Positions 9,973 to 22,500 of a stretch of 64,000 nucleotides of DNA are shown one piece after another. The position numbers were made by a program, and so were the translations under genes. Position 1 is the first letter of the stretch. Every line of letters starts with the position of its first letter. The notes beneath the pieces were generated by a model. That model was not told the origin of the DNA. It did no database searches and saw only the letters and a list, made by a program, of their open reading frames with translations. This DNA is from Eledone cirrhosa (lineage: Eukaryota): contig OZ024741.1 in NCBI GenBank assembly GCA_964016885.1, forward strand, positions 416,144,001 through 416,208,000. Direction: 5' to 3'.

Positions 9973-10059
9973 TCACACCACATACAGTACACACACACCA
10001 CACTTCACAACATCCACACACTCACCACACACACACCACATACATTCACATACACACTC
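9973..10059. repeat. CA-rich low-complexity tract (continues at 10333-10428 on the far side of the SINE)
   Basis: Degenerate (CA)n on both sides of the SINE. Confidence 0.8.
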
Positions 10060-10331
10060 CCACTGTAAAGTGGATGTGTAGGCGCCACGGCAAAAAAGCA
10101 CCCAGCCCACACTGTAAAGTGGACGTGTAGGCGCCACGGAAAAAAAGCACCCAGCACTCACTGTAAATGAGGTTGGTGTTAGGAAGGGCATCCAGCTGTA
10201 GAAATCAAGCCAAAATCAGTTCCTGTATGAGCAAGACATGGTCAGCTGGCCAGACACAGCCCACTACAGGACAACCCGTCTAACTCATGCTAGCATGGAA
10301 GAACGGACGTAAAACGGTGATGATGATGATG
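10060..10331 (+). mobile_element. SINE 3' portion with RTE-like tail and internal 50-bp duplication
   Basis: ccactgtaaagtggaYgtgtaggcgccacggcaaaaaagcacccagc x2, then ggttggtgttaggaagggcatccagctgtagaaa...catgctagcatggaagaacggacgtaaaacggtgatgatgatgat. Confidence 0.8.
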
Positions 10332-10582
10332 ACTCACATGCACATCACACCACACCACTCACACACACCACCCACACACACACCGCATACATTCACACAC
10401 ACATGCACACATCACACATCCACACACATTTTAACTTTGTTTATCATTTGATCTGTGGTATGATTACTACAATCATAATAAACTTATCATAAAGTCACTT
10501 TTGGACACCTCAAACAAGGCCACATGCATTTTTTGATAGAGTCATATTTCCTTTTTTTTATCATTATGGCAGAGACAGCACC

Positions 10583-13500
10583 TTAACCCTTTAGTTTCCA
10601 ACCTGGTCAACACTGACCAGGACTATTACCTACAGTTGTCTTAACCCTTTAGTTTCCAACCTGGTCAACACTAACCAAGACTATTACCTACAGTTGTCTT
10701 AACCCTTTAGTTTCCAACCTGGTCAACACTAACCAGGACTATTACCTACAGTTGTCTTAACCATTTAGTTTCCAACCTGGTCAACACTAACCAGGACTAC
10801 TACGTACAGTTGTCTTAAACCTTTAGTTACCAACCTGGTCAACACTAACCAGGACTATTACCTACAGTTGTCTTAACCCTTTAGTTTCCAACCTGGTCAA
10901 CACTAACCAGGACTATTACCTACAGTTGTCTTAACCCTTTAGTTTCCAACCTGGTCAACACTAACCAGGACTACTACGTACAGTTGTCTTAAACCTTTAG
11001 TTACCAACCTGGTCAACACTAACCAGGACTATTACCTACAGTTGTCTTAACCATTTAGTTTCCAACCTGGTCAACACTAACCAGGACTATTACCTACAGT
11101 TGTCTTGACCCTTTAGTTTCCAACCTGGTCAACACTAACCAGCACTATTACCTACAGTTGTCTTAACCCTTTAGTTACCAACCTGGTCAACACTAACCAG
11201 GACTATTACCTACAGTTGTCTTAACCCTTTAGTTTCCAACCTGGTCAACACTAACCAGGACTATTACCTACAGTTGTCTTAACCCTTTAGTTTCCAACCT
11301 GGTCAACACTAACCAGGACTATTACCTACAGTTGTCTTAACCCTTTAGTTTCCAACCTGGTCAACACTAACCAGGACTACTACCTACAGTTGTCTTAAAC
11401 CTTTAGTTACCAATCTGGTCAACACTAACCAGGACTATTACCTACAGTTGTCTTAACCCTTTAGTTTCCAACCTGGTCAACACTAACCAGGACTACTACC
11501 TACAGTTGTCTTAAACCTTTAGTTACCAACCTGGTCAACACTAACCAGGACTATTACCTACAGTTGTCTTAACCCTTTAGTTTCCAACCTGGTCAACACT
11601 AACCAGGACTATTACCTACAGTTGTCTTAACCCTTTAGTTTCCAACCTGGTCAACACTAACCAGGACTATTACCTACAGTTGTCTTAACCCTTTAGTTAC
11701 CAACCTGGTCAACACTAACCAGGACTATTACCTACAGTTGTCTTAAACCTTTAATTACCAACCTGATCAACACTAACCAGGACTATTACCTACAGTTGTG
11801 TTAACCCTTTAGTTTCCAACATGGTCAACACTGAAAAAGACTATTACCTACAGTTGTCTTAACCCTTTAGTTTCCAACCTGGTCAACACTGACCAGGACT
11901 ATTACCTACAGTTGTCTTAACCCTTTAGTTACCAACCTGGTCAACACTGACCAGGACTATTATCTACAGTTATCTTAACAATTTAGTTACCAACCTGGTC
12001 AACACTGACCAAGACTATTACCTACAGTTGTCTTAACCATTTAGTTACCAACCTGGTCAACACTGACCAAGACTATTACCTACAGTTTTCTCAACCCTTT
12101 AGTTACCAACATGGTCAACACTGACCAAGACTTACCTACAGTTGTCTTAACCCTTTAGTTACCAAGCTGGTCAACACTGACCAGGACTATTACCTACAGT
12201 TGTCTTAACCCTTTAGTTACCAACCTGGTCAACACTGACCAGGACTATTATCTACAGTTGTCTTAACAATTTAGTTACCAACCTGGTCAACACTGACCAA
12301 GACTATTACCTACAGTTCTCTTAACCATTTAGTTACCAACCTGGTCAACACTGACCAAGACTATTACCTACAGTTGTCTTAACCCTTTAGTTACCAACCT
12401 GGTCAACACTGACCAGGAATATTACCTACAGTTGTCTTAACCCTTTAGTTACCAACCTGGTCAACACTTACCAGGACTATTACCTACAGTTGTCTTAACC
12501 CTTTAGTTTCCAACCTGGTCAACACTGACCAGGACTATTACCTACAGTTGTCTTAACCCTTTATTTGCCAACATGGTCACCACTGACCAGGAGTATTACC
12601 TACAGTTGTCTTAACCCTTTAGTTACCAACCTGGTCAACACTGACCAGGACTATTACCTACAGTTGTCTTAACCCTTTAGTTACCAACCTGGTCAACACT
12701 GACCAGGACTATTACCTACAGTTGTCTTAACCCTTTAGTTACCAACCTGGTCAACACTGACCAGGACTATTACCTACAGCTGTGTAAACCCTTTAGTTAC
12801 CAACCTGGTCAACACTTACCAGGACTATTACCTACAGTTGTCTTAACCCTTTAGTTACCAACCTGGTCAACACTGACCAGGACTATTACCTGAAGTTGTC
12901 TTAAACCCTTCAGTTTCCAGCCTGGTCAACACTGACCAGGACTATTACCTACAGTTGTTTTAACCCTTTAGTTACCAACCTGGTCAACACTAACCAGGAC
13001 TATTACCTACAGTTGTCTTAACCCTTTAGTTACCAACCTGGTCAACACTGACCAGGACTATTACCTACAGTTGTCTTAAACCCTTTAGTTTCCAGCCTGG
13101 TCAACACTGACCATGACTATTACCTACAGTTGTCTTAACCCTTTAGTTACCAACCTGGTCAACACTGACCAGGACTATTACCTACAGTTTTCTCAACCCT
13201 TTAGTTACCAACCTGGTCAACACTGACCAAGACTTACCTACAGTTGTCTTAACCCTTTAGTTACCAAGCTGGTCAACACTGACCAGGACTATTACCTACA
13301 GTTGTCTTAACCCTTTAGTTACCAACCTGGTCAACACTGACCAAGACTATTACCTACAGTTGTCTTAACCCTTTAGTTTCCAACCTGGTCAACACTGACC
13401 AGGACTATTACCTACAGTTGTCTTAACCCTTTAGTTTCCAACCTGGTCAACACTGACCAGGACTATTACCTACAGTTCTGTTAACCCTTTAGTTACCAAC

Positions 13501-16500
13501 CTGGTCAACACTGACCAGGACTATTACCTACAGTTGTCTTAACCCTTTAGTTTCCAAACTGGTCAACACTGACCAAGACTATTACCTACAGTTGTCTTAA
13601 CCCTTTAGTTACCAACCTGGTCAACACTGACCAAGACTATTACCTACAGTTGTCTTAACCCTTTAGTTACCAACCTGGTCAACACTGACCAGGACTATTA
13701 CCTACAGTTGTCTTAACCCTTTAGTTTCCAACCTGGTCAAGACTGACCAGGACTATTACCTACAGCTGTGTTAACCCTTTAGTTACCAACCTGGTCAACA
13801 CAGACCAGGACTATTACCTACAGTTGTCTTAACCCTTTAGTTTCCAACCTGGTGAACACTGACCAGGACTATTACCTACAGTTGTTTTAACCCTTTAGTT
13901 ACCAACCTGGTCAACACTGACCAGCACTATTACCTAGAGTTGTCTTAACCCTTTAGTTACCAACCTGGTCAACACTGACCAGGACTATTACCTACAGTTG
14001 TGTTAACCCTTTAGTTACCAACCTGGTCAACACTGACCAGGACTATTACCTACAGTTGTCTTAACCCTTTAGTTTCCAACCTGGTCAACACTGACCAAGA
14101 CTATTACCTACAGTTGTCTTAACCCTTTAGTTACCAACCTGGTCAACACTGACCAGGACTATTACCTACAGTTGTCTTAACCCTTTGGTTTCCAACCTGG
14201 TCAACACTGACCAGGACTATTACCTACAGCTGTGTTAACCCTTTAGTTACCAACCTGGTTAACACTAACCAGGACTTTTACCTACAGTTGTCTTAAACCC
14301 TTTAGTTTCCAGCCTGGTCAACACTGACCAGGACTATTACCTACAGTTGTATTAACCCTTTAGTTACCCACCTGGTCAACACTGACCAGGACTATTACCT
14401 ACAGCTGTGTTAACCCTTTAGTTACCAACCTGGTCAACACTGACCAGGACTTACCTACAGTTGTCTTAACCCTTTAGTTACCAACCTGGTCAACACTGAC
14501 CAGGACTTACCTACAGTTGTCTTAACCCTTTAGTTACCAACCTGGTCAACACTGACCAGGACTATTACCTACAGTTGTCTTAAACCCTTTAGTTTCCACC
14601 CTGGTCAACACTGACCAAGACTATTACCTACAGTTGTCTTAACCCTTTAGTTACCAACCTGGTCAACACTGACCAGGACTATTACCTACAGTTGTTTTAA
14701 CCCTTTAGTTACCAACCTGGTCAACACTAACCAGGACTATTACCTACAGTTGTCTTAACCCTTTAGTTACCAACCTGGTCAACACTGACCAGGACTATTA
14801 CCTACAGCTGTGTAAACCCTTTAGTTACCAACCTGGTCAACACTTACCAGGACTATTACCTACAGTTGTCTTAACCCTTTAGTTACCAACCTGGTCAACA
14901 CTGACCAGGACTATTACCTGAAGTTGTCTTAAACCCTTCAGTTTCCAGCCTGGTCAACACTGACCAGGACTATTACCTACAGTTGTTTTAACCCTTTAGT
15001 TACCAACCTGGTCAACACTAACCAGGACTATTACCTACAGTTGTCTTAACCCTTTAGTTACCAACCTGGTCAACACTGACCAGGACTATTACCTACAGTT
15101 GTCTTAAACCCTTTAGTTTCCAGCCTGGTCAACACTGACCAGGACTATTACCTACAGTTGTTTTAACCATTTAGTTACCAACCTGGTCAACACTGACCAT
15201 GACTATTACCTACAGTTGTCTTAACCCTTTAGTTACCAACCTGGTCAACACTGACCAGGACTATTACCTACAGTTTTCTCAACCCTTTAGTTACCAACCT
15301 GGTCAACACTGACCAAGACTTACCTACAGTTGTCTTAACCCTTTAGTTACCAAGCTGGTCAACACTGACCAGGACTATTACCTACAGTTGTCTTAACCCT
15401 TTAGTTACCAACCTGGTCAACACTGACCAAGACTATTACCTACAGTTGTCTTAACCCTTTAGTTTCCAACCTGGTCAACACTGACCAGGACTATTACCTA
15501 CAGTTGTGTTAACCCTTTAGTTACCAACCTGGTCAACACTGACCAGGACTATTACCTACAGTTGTCTTAACCCTTTAGTTTCCAAACTGGTCAACACTGA
15601 CCAGGACTATTACCTACAGTTGTCTTAACCCTTTAGTTTCCAACCTGGTCAAGACTGACCAGGACTATTACCTACAGCTGTGTTAACCCTTTAGTTACCA
15701 ACCTGGTCAACACAGACCAGGACTATTACCTACAGTTGTCTTAACCCTTTAGTTTCCAACCTGGTCAACACTGACCAGGACTATTACCTACAGTTGTTTT
15801 AACCCTTTAGTTACCAAGCTGGTCAACACTGACCAGCACTATTACCTAGAGTTGTCTTAACCCTTTAGTTACCAACCTGGTCAACACTGACCAGGATTAT
15901 TACCTACAGTTGTGTTAACCCTTTAGTTACCAACCTGGTCAACACTGACCAGGACTATTACCTACAGTTGTCTTAACCCTTTAGTTTCCAACCTGGTCAA
16001 CACTGACCAAGACTATTACCTACAGTTGTCTTAACCCTTTAGTTACCAACCTGGTCAACACTGACCAGGACTATTACCTACAGTTGTCTTAACCCTTTGG
16101 TTTCCAACCTGGTCAACACTGACCAGGACTATTACCTACAGCTGTGTTAACCCTTTAGTTACCAACCTGGTTAACACTAACCAGGACTTTTACCTACAGT
16201 TGTCTTAAACCCTTTAGTTTCCAGCCTGGTCAACACTGACCAGGACTATTACCTACAGTTGTATTAACCCTTTAGTTACCCACCTGGTCAACACTGACCA
16301 GGACTATTACCTACAGCTGTGTTAACCCTTTAGTTACCAACCTGGTCAACACTGACCAGGACTTACCTACAGTTGTCTTAACCCTTTAGTTACCAACCTG
16401 GTCAACACTGACCAGGACTTACCTACAGTTGTCTTAACCCTTTAGTTACCAACCTGGTCAACACTGACCAGGACTATTACCTACAGTTGTCTTAAACCCT

Positions 16501-19500
16501 TTAGTTTCCACCCTGGTCAACACTGACCAAGACTATTACCTACAGTTGTCTTAACCCTTTAGTTACCAACCTGGTCAACACTGACCAGGACTATTACCTA
16601 CAGTTGTTTTAACCCTTTAGTTACCAACCTGGTCAACACTAACCAGGACTATTACCTACAGTTGTCTTAACCCTTTAGTTACCAACCTGGTCAACACTGA
16701 CCAGGACTATTACCTACAGTTGTGTTAACCCTTTAGTTTCCACCCTGGTCAACACTGACCAGGACTATTACCTACAGTTGTGTTAACCCTTTAGTTACCA
16801 ACCTGGTCAACACTGACCAGGACTATTACCTACAGTTGCTTAACCCTTTAGTTTCCAACCTGGTCAACACTGACCAAGACTATTACCTACAGTTGTCTTA
16901 ACCCTTTAGTTACCAACCTGGTCAACACTGACCAGGACTATTACCTACAGTTGTCTTAACCCTTTAGTTACCAACCTGGTCAACACTGACCAGGACTATT
17001 ACCTACAGTTGTCTTAACCCTTTAGTTTCTAACCTGGTCAACACTGACCAGGACTATTACCTACAGCTGTGTTAACCCTTTAGTTACCAACCTGGTCAAC
17101 ACAGACCAGGACTATTACCTACAGTTGTCTTAACCCTTTAGTTTCCAACCTGGCCAACACTGACCACGACTATTACCTACAGTTGTCTTAACCCTTTAGT
17201 TACCAACCTGGTCAACACTGACCAGGACTATTACCTACAGTTGTTTTCACCCTTTAGTTACCAACCTGGTCAACACTGACCAGCACTATTACCTACAGTT
17301 GTCTTAACCCTTTAGTTACCAACCTGGTCAACACTGACCAAGACTTACCTACAGTTGTCTTAACCCTTTAGTTACCAACCTGGTCAACACTGACCAGGAC
17401 TATTACCTACAGTTGTCTTAACCCTTTAGTTTCCGACCTGCTCAACACTGACCAAGACTATTACCTACAGTTGTCTTAACCCTTTAGTTACCAACCTGGT
17501 CAACACTGACCAGGACTATTACCTACAGTTGTCTTAACCCTTTAGTTTCCGACCTGGTCAACACTGACCAGGACTATTACCTACAGCTGTGTTAACCCTT
17601 TAGTTACGAACCTGGTCAACACTAACCAGGACTATTACCTACAGTTGTCTTAAACCCTTTAGTTTCCAGCCTGGTCAACACTGACCAGGACTATTACCTA
17701 CAGTTGTATTAACCCTTTAATTACCAACCTGGTCAACACTGACCAGTACTATTACCTACAGCTGTGTTAACCCTTTAGTTACCAACCTGGTCAACACTGA
17801 CCATGACTATTACCTACAGCTGTGTTAACCCTTTAGTTACCAACCTGGTCAACACTGACCAGGACTATTACCTGCAGTTGTCTTAACCCTTTAGTTACCA
17901 ACCTGGTAAACACAGACCAGGACTATTACCTACAGTTGTCTTAACCCTTTAGTTTCCAACCTGGTCAACACTGACCAGGACTATTACCTACAGTTGTCTT
18001 AACCCTTTAGTTACCAACCTGGTCAACACTGACCAGGACTTACCTACAGTTGTCTTAACCCTTTAGTTACCAACCTGGTCAACACTGACCAGGACTTTAA
18101 CCTACAGTTGTCTTAACCCTTTAGTTACCAACCTGGTCAACACTGACCAGGACTTACCTACAGTTGTCTTAACCCTTTAGTTACCAACCTGGTCAACACT
18201 GACCAGGACTTACCTACAGTTGTCTTAACCCTTTAGTTACCAACCTGGTCAACACTGACCAGGACTATTACCTACAGTTGTCTTAAACCCTTTAGTTTCC
18301 AGCCTGGTCAACACTGACCAGAACTATTACCTACAGTTGTTTTAACCCTTTAGTTACCAACCTGGTCAACACTAACCAGGACTATTACCTACAGTTGTCT
18401 TAACCCTTTAGTTACCAACCTGGTCAACACTGACCAGGACTATTACCTACAGTTGTCTTAAACCCTTTAGTTTCCAGCCTGGTGAACACTGACCAGGACT
18501 ATTACCTATAGTTGTTTTAACCCTTTAGTTACCAACCTGGTCAACACTGACCAGGACTATTACCTACAGTTGTCTTAACCCTTTAGTTACCAACCTGGTC
18601 AACACTGACCAGGACTATTACCTACAGTTTTTTCAACCCTTTAGTTACCAACCTGGTCAACACTGACCAAGACTTACCTACAGTTGTCTTAACCCTTTAG
18701 TTACCAACCTGGTCAACACTGACCAGGACTATTACCTACAGTTGTCTTAACCCTTTAGTTACCAACCTGGTCAACACTGACCAAGACTATTACCTACAGT
18801 TGTCTTAACCCTTTAGTTACCAACCTGGTCAACACTGACCAGGACTATTACCTACAGTTGTGTTAACCCTTTAGTTTCCACCCTGGTCAACACTGACCAG
18901 GACTATTACCTACAGTTGTCTTAACCCTTTAGTTTCCAACCTGGTCAACACTGACCAAGACTATTACCTACATTTGTCTTAACCCTTTAGTTACCAACCT
19001 GGTCAACACTGACCAGGACTATTACCTACAGTTGTCTTAACCCTTTAGTTTCCAACCTGGTCAACACTGACCAAGACTATTACCTACAGTTTTCTCAACC
19101 CTTTAGTTACCAACCTGGTCAACACTGACCAAGACTATTACCTACAGTTGTCTTGACCCTTTAGTTACCAACCTGGTCAACACTGACCAGGACTATTACC
19201 TACAGTTGTATTAACCCTTTAGTTACCAACCTGGTCAACACTGACCAAGACTATTACCTACAGTTGTCTTAACCCTTTAGTTTCCAACCTGGTCAACACT
19301 GACCAGCACTAGTACCTACAGTTGTCTTAACCCTTTAGTTACCAACCTGGTCAACACTGACCAAGACTATTACCTACAGTTGTCTTAACCCTTTAGTTAC
19401 CAACCTGGTCAACACTGACCAGGACTATTACCTACAGTTGTCTTAACCCTTTAGTTTCCAACCTGGTCAACACTGACCAGGACTATTACCTAAAGCTGTG

Positions 19501-22500
19501 TTAACCCTTTAGTTACCAACCTGGTCAACACAGACCAGGACTATTACCTACAGTTGTCTTAACCCTTTAGTTACCAACCTGGTCAACACTGACCGAGACT
19601 ATTACCTACAGTTGTCTTAACCCTTTAGTTACCAACCTGGTCAACACTGACCAGGACTATTACCTACAGTTGTATTAACCCTTTAGTTACCAACCTGGTC
19701 AACACTGACCAAGACTATTACCTACAGTTGTCTTAACCCTTTAGTTTCCAACCTGGTCAACACTGACCAGCACTAGTACCTACAGTTGTCTTAACCCTTT
19801 AGTTACCAACCTGGTCGACACTGACCAAGACTATTACCTACAGTTGTCTTAACCCTTTAGTTACCAACCTGGTCAACACTGACCAGGACTATTACCTACA
19901 GTTGTCTTAACCCTTTAGTTTCCAACTTGGTCAACACTGACCAGGACTATTACCTACATTTGTCTTAACAATTTAGATACCAACCTGGTTAACACTGACC
20001 AAGACTATTACCTACAGTTGTCTTAACCCTTTAGTTACCAACCTGGTCAACACTGACCAGGACTATTACCTACAGTTGTCTTAACCCTTTAGTTACCAAC
20101 CTGGTCAACACTGACCAAGACTATTACCTACAGTTGTCTTAACCCTTTAGTTACCAACCTGGTCAACACTGACCAGGACTATTACCTACAGTTGTCTTAA
20201 CCCTTTAGTTACCAACCTGGTCAACACTGACCAGGACTATTACCTACAGCTGTGTTAACCCTTTAGTTACCAACCTGGTCAACACTTACCAGGACTATTA
20301 CCTACAGTTGTCTTAACCCTTTAGTTACCAACCTGGTCAACACTGACCAGGGCTATTACCTACAGTTGTCTTAAACCCTTTAGTTACCAGCCTGGTCAAC
20401 ACTGACCAGGACTATTACCTACAGTTGTTTTAACCCTTTAGTTACCAACCTGGTCAACACTAACCAGGACTATTACCTACAGTTGTCTTAACCCTTTAGT
20501 TACCAACCTGGTCAACACTGACCAGGACTATTACCTACAGTTGTCTTAAACACTTTAGTTTCCAGCCTGGTCAACACTGACCAGGACTATTACCTACAGG
20601 TGTTTTAGCCCTTTAGTTACCAACCTGGTCAACACTGACCATGACTATTACATACAGTTGTCTTAACCCTTTAGTTACCAACCTGGTCAACACTGACCAG
20701 GACTATTACCTACAGTTTTCTCAACCCTTTAGTTACCAACCTGGTCAACACTGACCAAGACTTACCTACAGTTGTCTTAACCCTTTAGTTACCAACCTGG
20801 TCAACACTGACCAGGACTATTACCTACAGTTGTCTTAACCATTTAGTTACCAACCTGGTCAACACTGACCAAGACTATTACCTACAGTTGTCTTAACACT
20901 TTAGTTTCCAACCTGGTCAACACTGACCAGGACTATTACCTACAGTTGTGTTAACCGTTTAGTTTCCACCCTGGTCAACACTGACCAGGACTATTACCTA
21001 CAGTTGTGTTAACCCTTTAGTTACCGACCTGGTCAACACTGACCAGGACTATTACCTACAGTTGTGTTAACCCTTTAGTTTCCAACCTGGTCAACACTGA
21101 CCAAGACTATTACCTACAGTTGTCTTAACCCTTTAGTTACCAACCTGGTCAACACTGACCAGGACTATTACCTACAGTTGTCTTAACCCTTAAGTTACCA
21201 ACCTGGTCAACACTGACCAGGACCATTACCTACAGTTCTCTTAACCCTTTAGTTTCCAACCTGGTCAACACTGACCAAGACAATTACCTACAGTTGTCTT
21301 AACCCTTTAGTTACCAACCTGGTCAACACTGACCAAGACTATTACCTACAGTTGTCTTAACCCTTTAGTTACCAACCTGGTCAACACTGACCAGGACTAT
21401 TACCTACAGTTGTCTTAACCCTTTAGTTTCCAACCTGGTCAACACTGACCAGGACTATTACCTAAAGCTGTGTTAACCCTTTAGTTACCAACCTGGTCAA
21501 CACAGACCAGGACTATTACCTACAGTTGTCTTAACCCTTTAGTTTCCAACCTGGTCAACACTGACCAAGACTATTACCTACAGTTGTCTTAACCCTTTAG
21601 TTACCAACCTGGTCAACACTGACCAAGACTATTACCTACAGTTGTCTTAACCGTTTAGTTAACAACCTGGTCAACACTGACCAGGACTATTACCTACAGT
21701 TGTCTTAACCCTTTAGTTTCCAACCTGGTCAACACTGACCAGGACTATTATCTACAGTTGTCTTAACAATTTAGTTACCAAACTGGTCAACACTGACCAG
21801 GACTATTATCTACAGTTGTCTTAACAATTTAGTTACCAACCTGGTCAACACTGACCAAGTCTATTACCTACAGTTGTCTTAACCCTTTAGTTACCAACCT
21901 GGTCAACACTGACCAGGACTATTACCTACAGTTGTCTTAACCCTTTAGTTACCAACCTGGTCAACACTGACCAGGACTATTACCTACAGTTGTCTTAACC
22001 CTTTAGTTTCCAACCTGGTCAACACTGACCAAGACTATTACCTACAGTTGTCTTAACCCTTTAGTTATCAACCTGGTCAGCGCTGACCAGGACTATTACC
22101 TACAGTTGTCTTAACCCTTTAGTTACCAACCTGGTCAACACTGACCAGGACTATTATCTACAGTTGTCTTAACAATTTAGTTACCAACCTGGTCAACACT
22201 GACCAAGACTATTACCTACAGTTGTCTTCACCATTTAGTTACCAACCTGGTCAACACTGACCAAGACTATTACCTACAGTTGTCTTAACCCTTTAGTTAC
22301 CAACCTGGTCAACACTGACCAGGACTATTACCTACAGTTGTCTTAACCCTTTAGTTACCAACCTGGTCAACACTTACCAGGACTATTACCTACAGTTGTC
22401 TTAACCCTTTAGTTTCCAACCTGGTCAACACTGACCAGGACTATTACCTACAGTTGTCTTAACCCTTTATTTACCAACATGGTCACCACTGACCAGGAGT

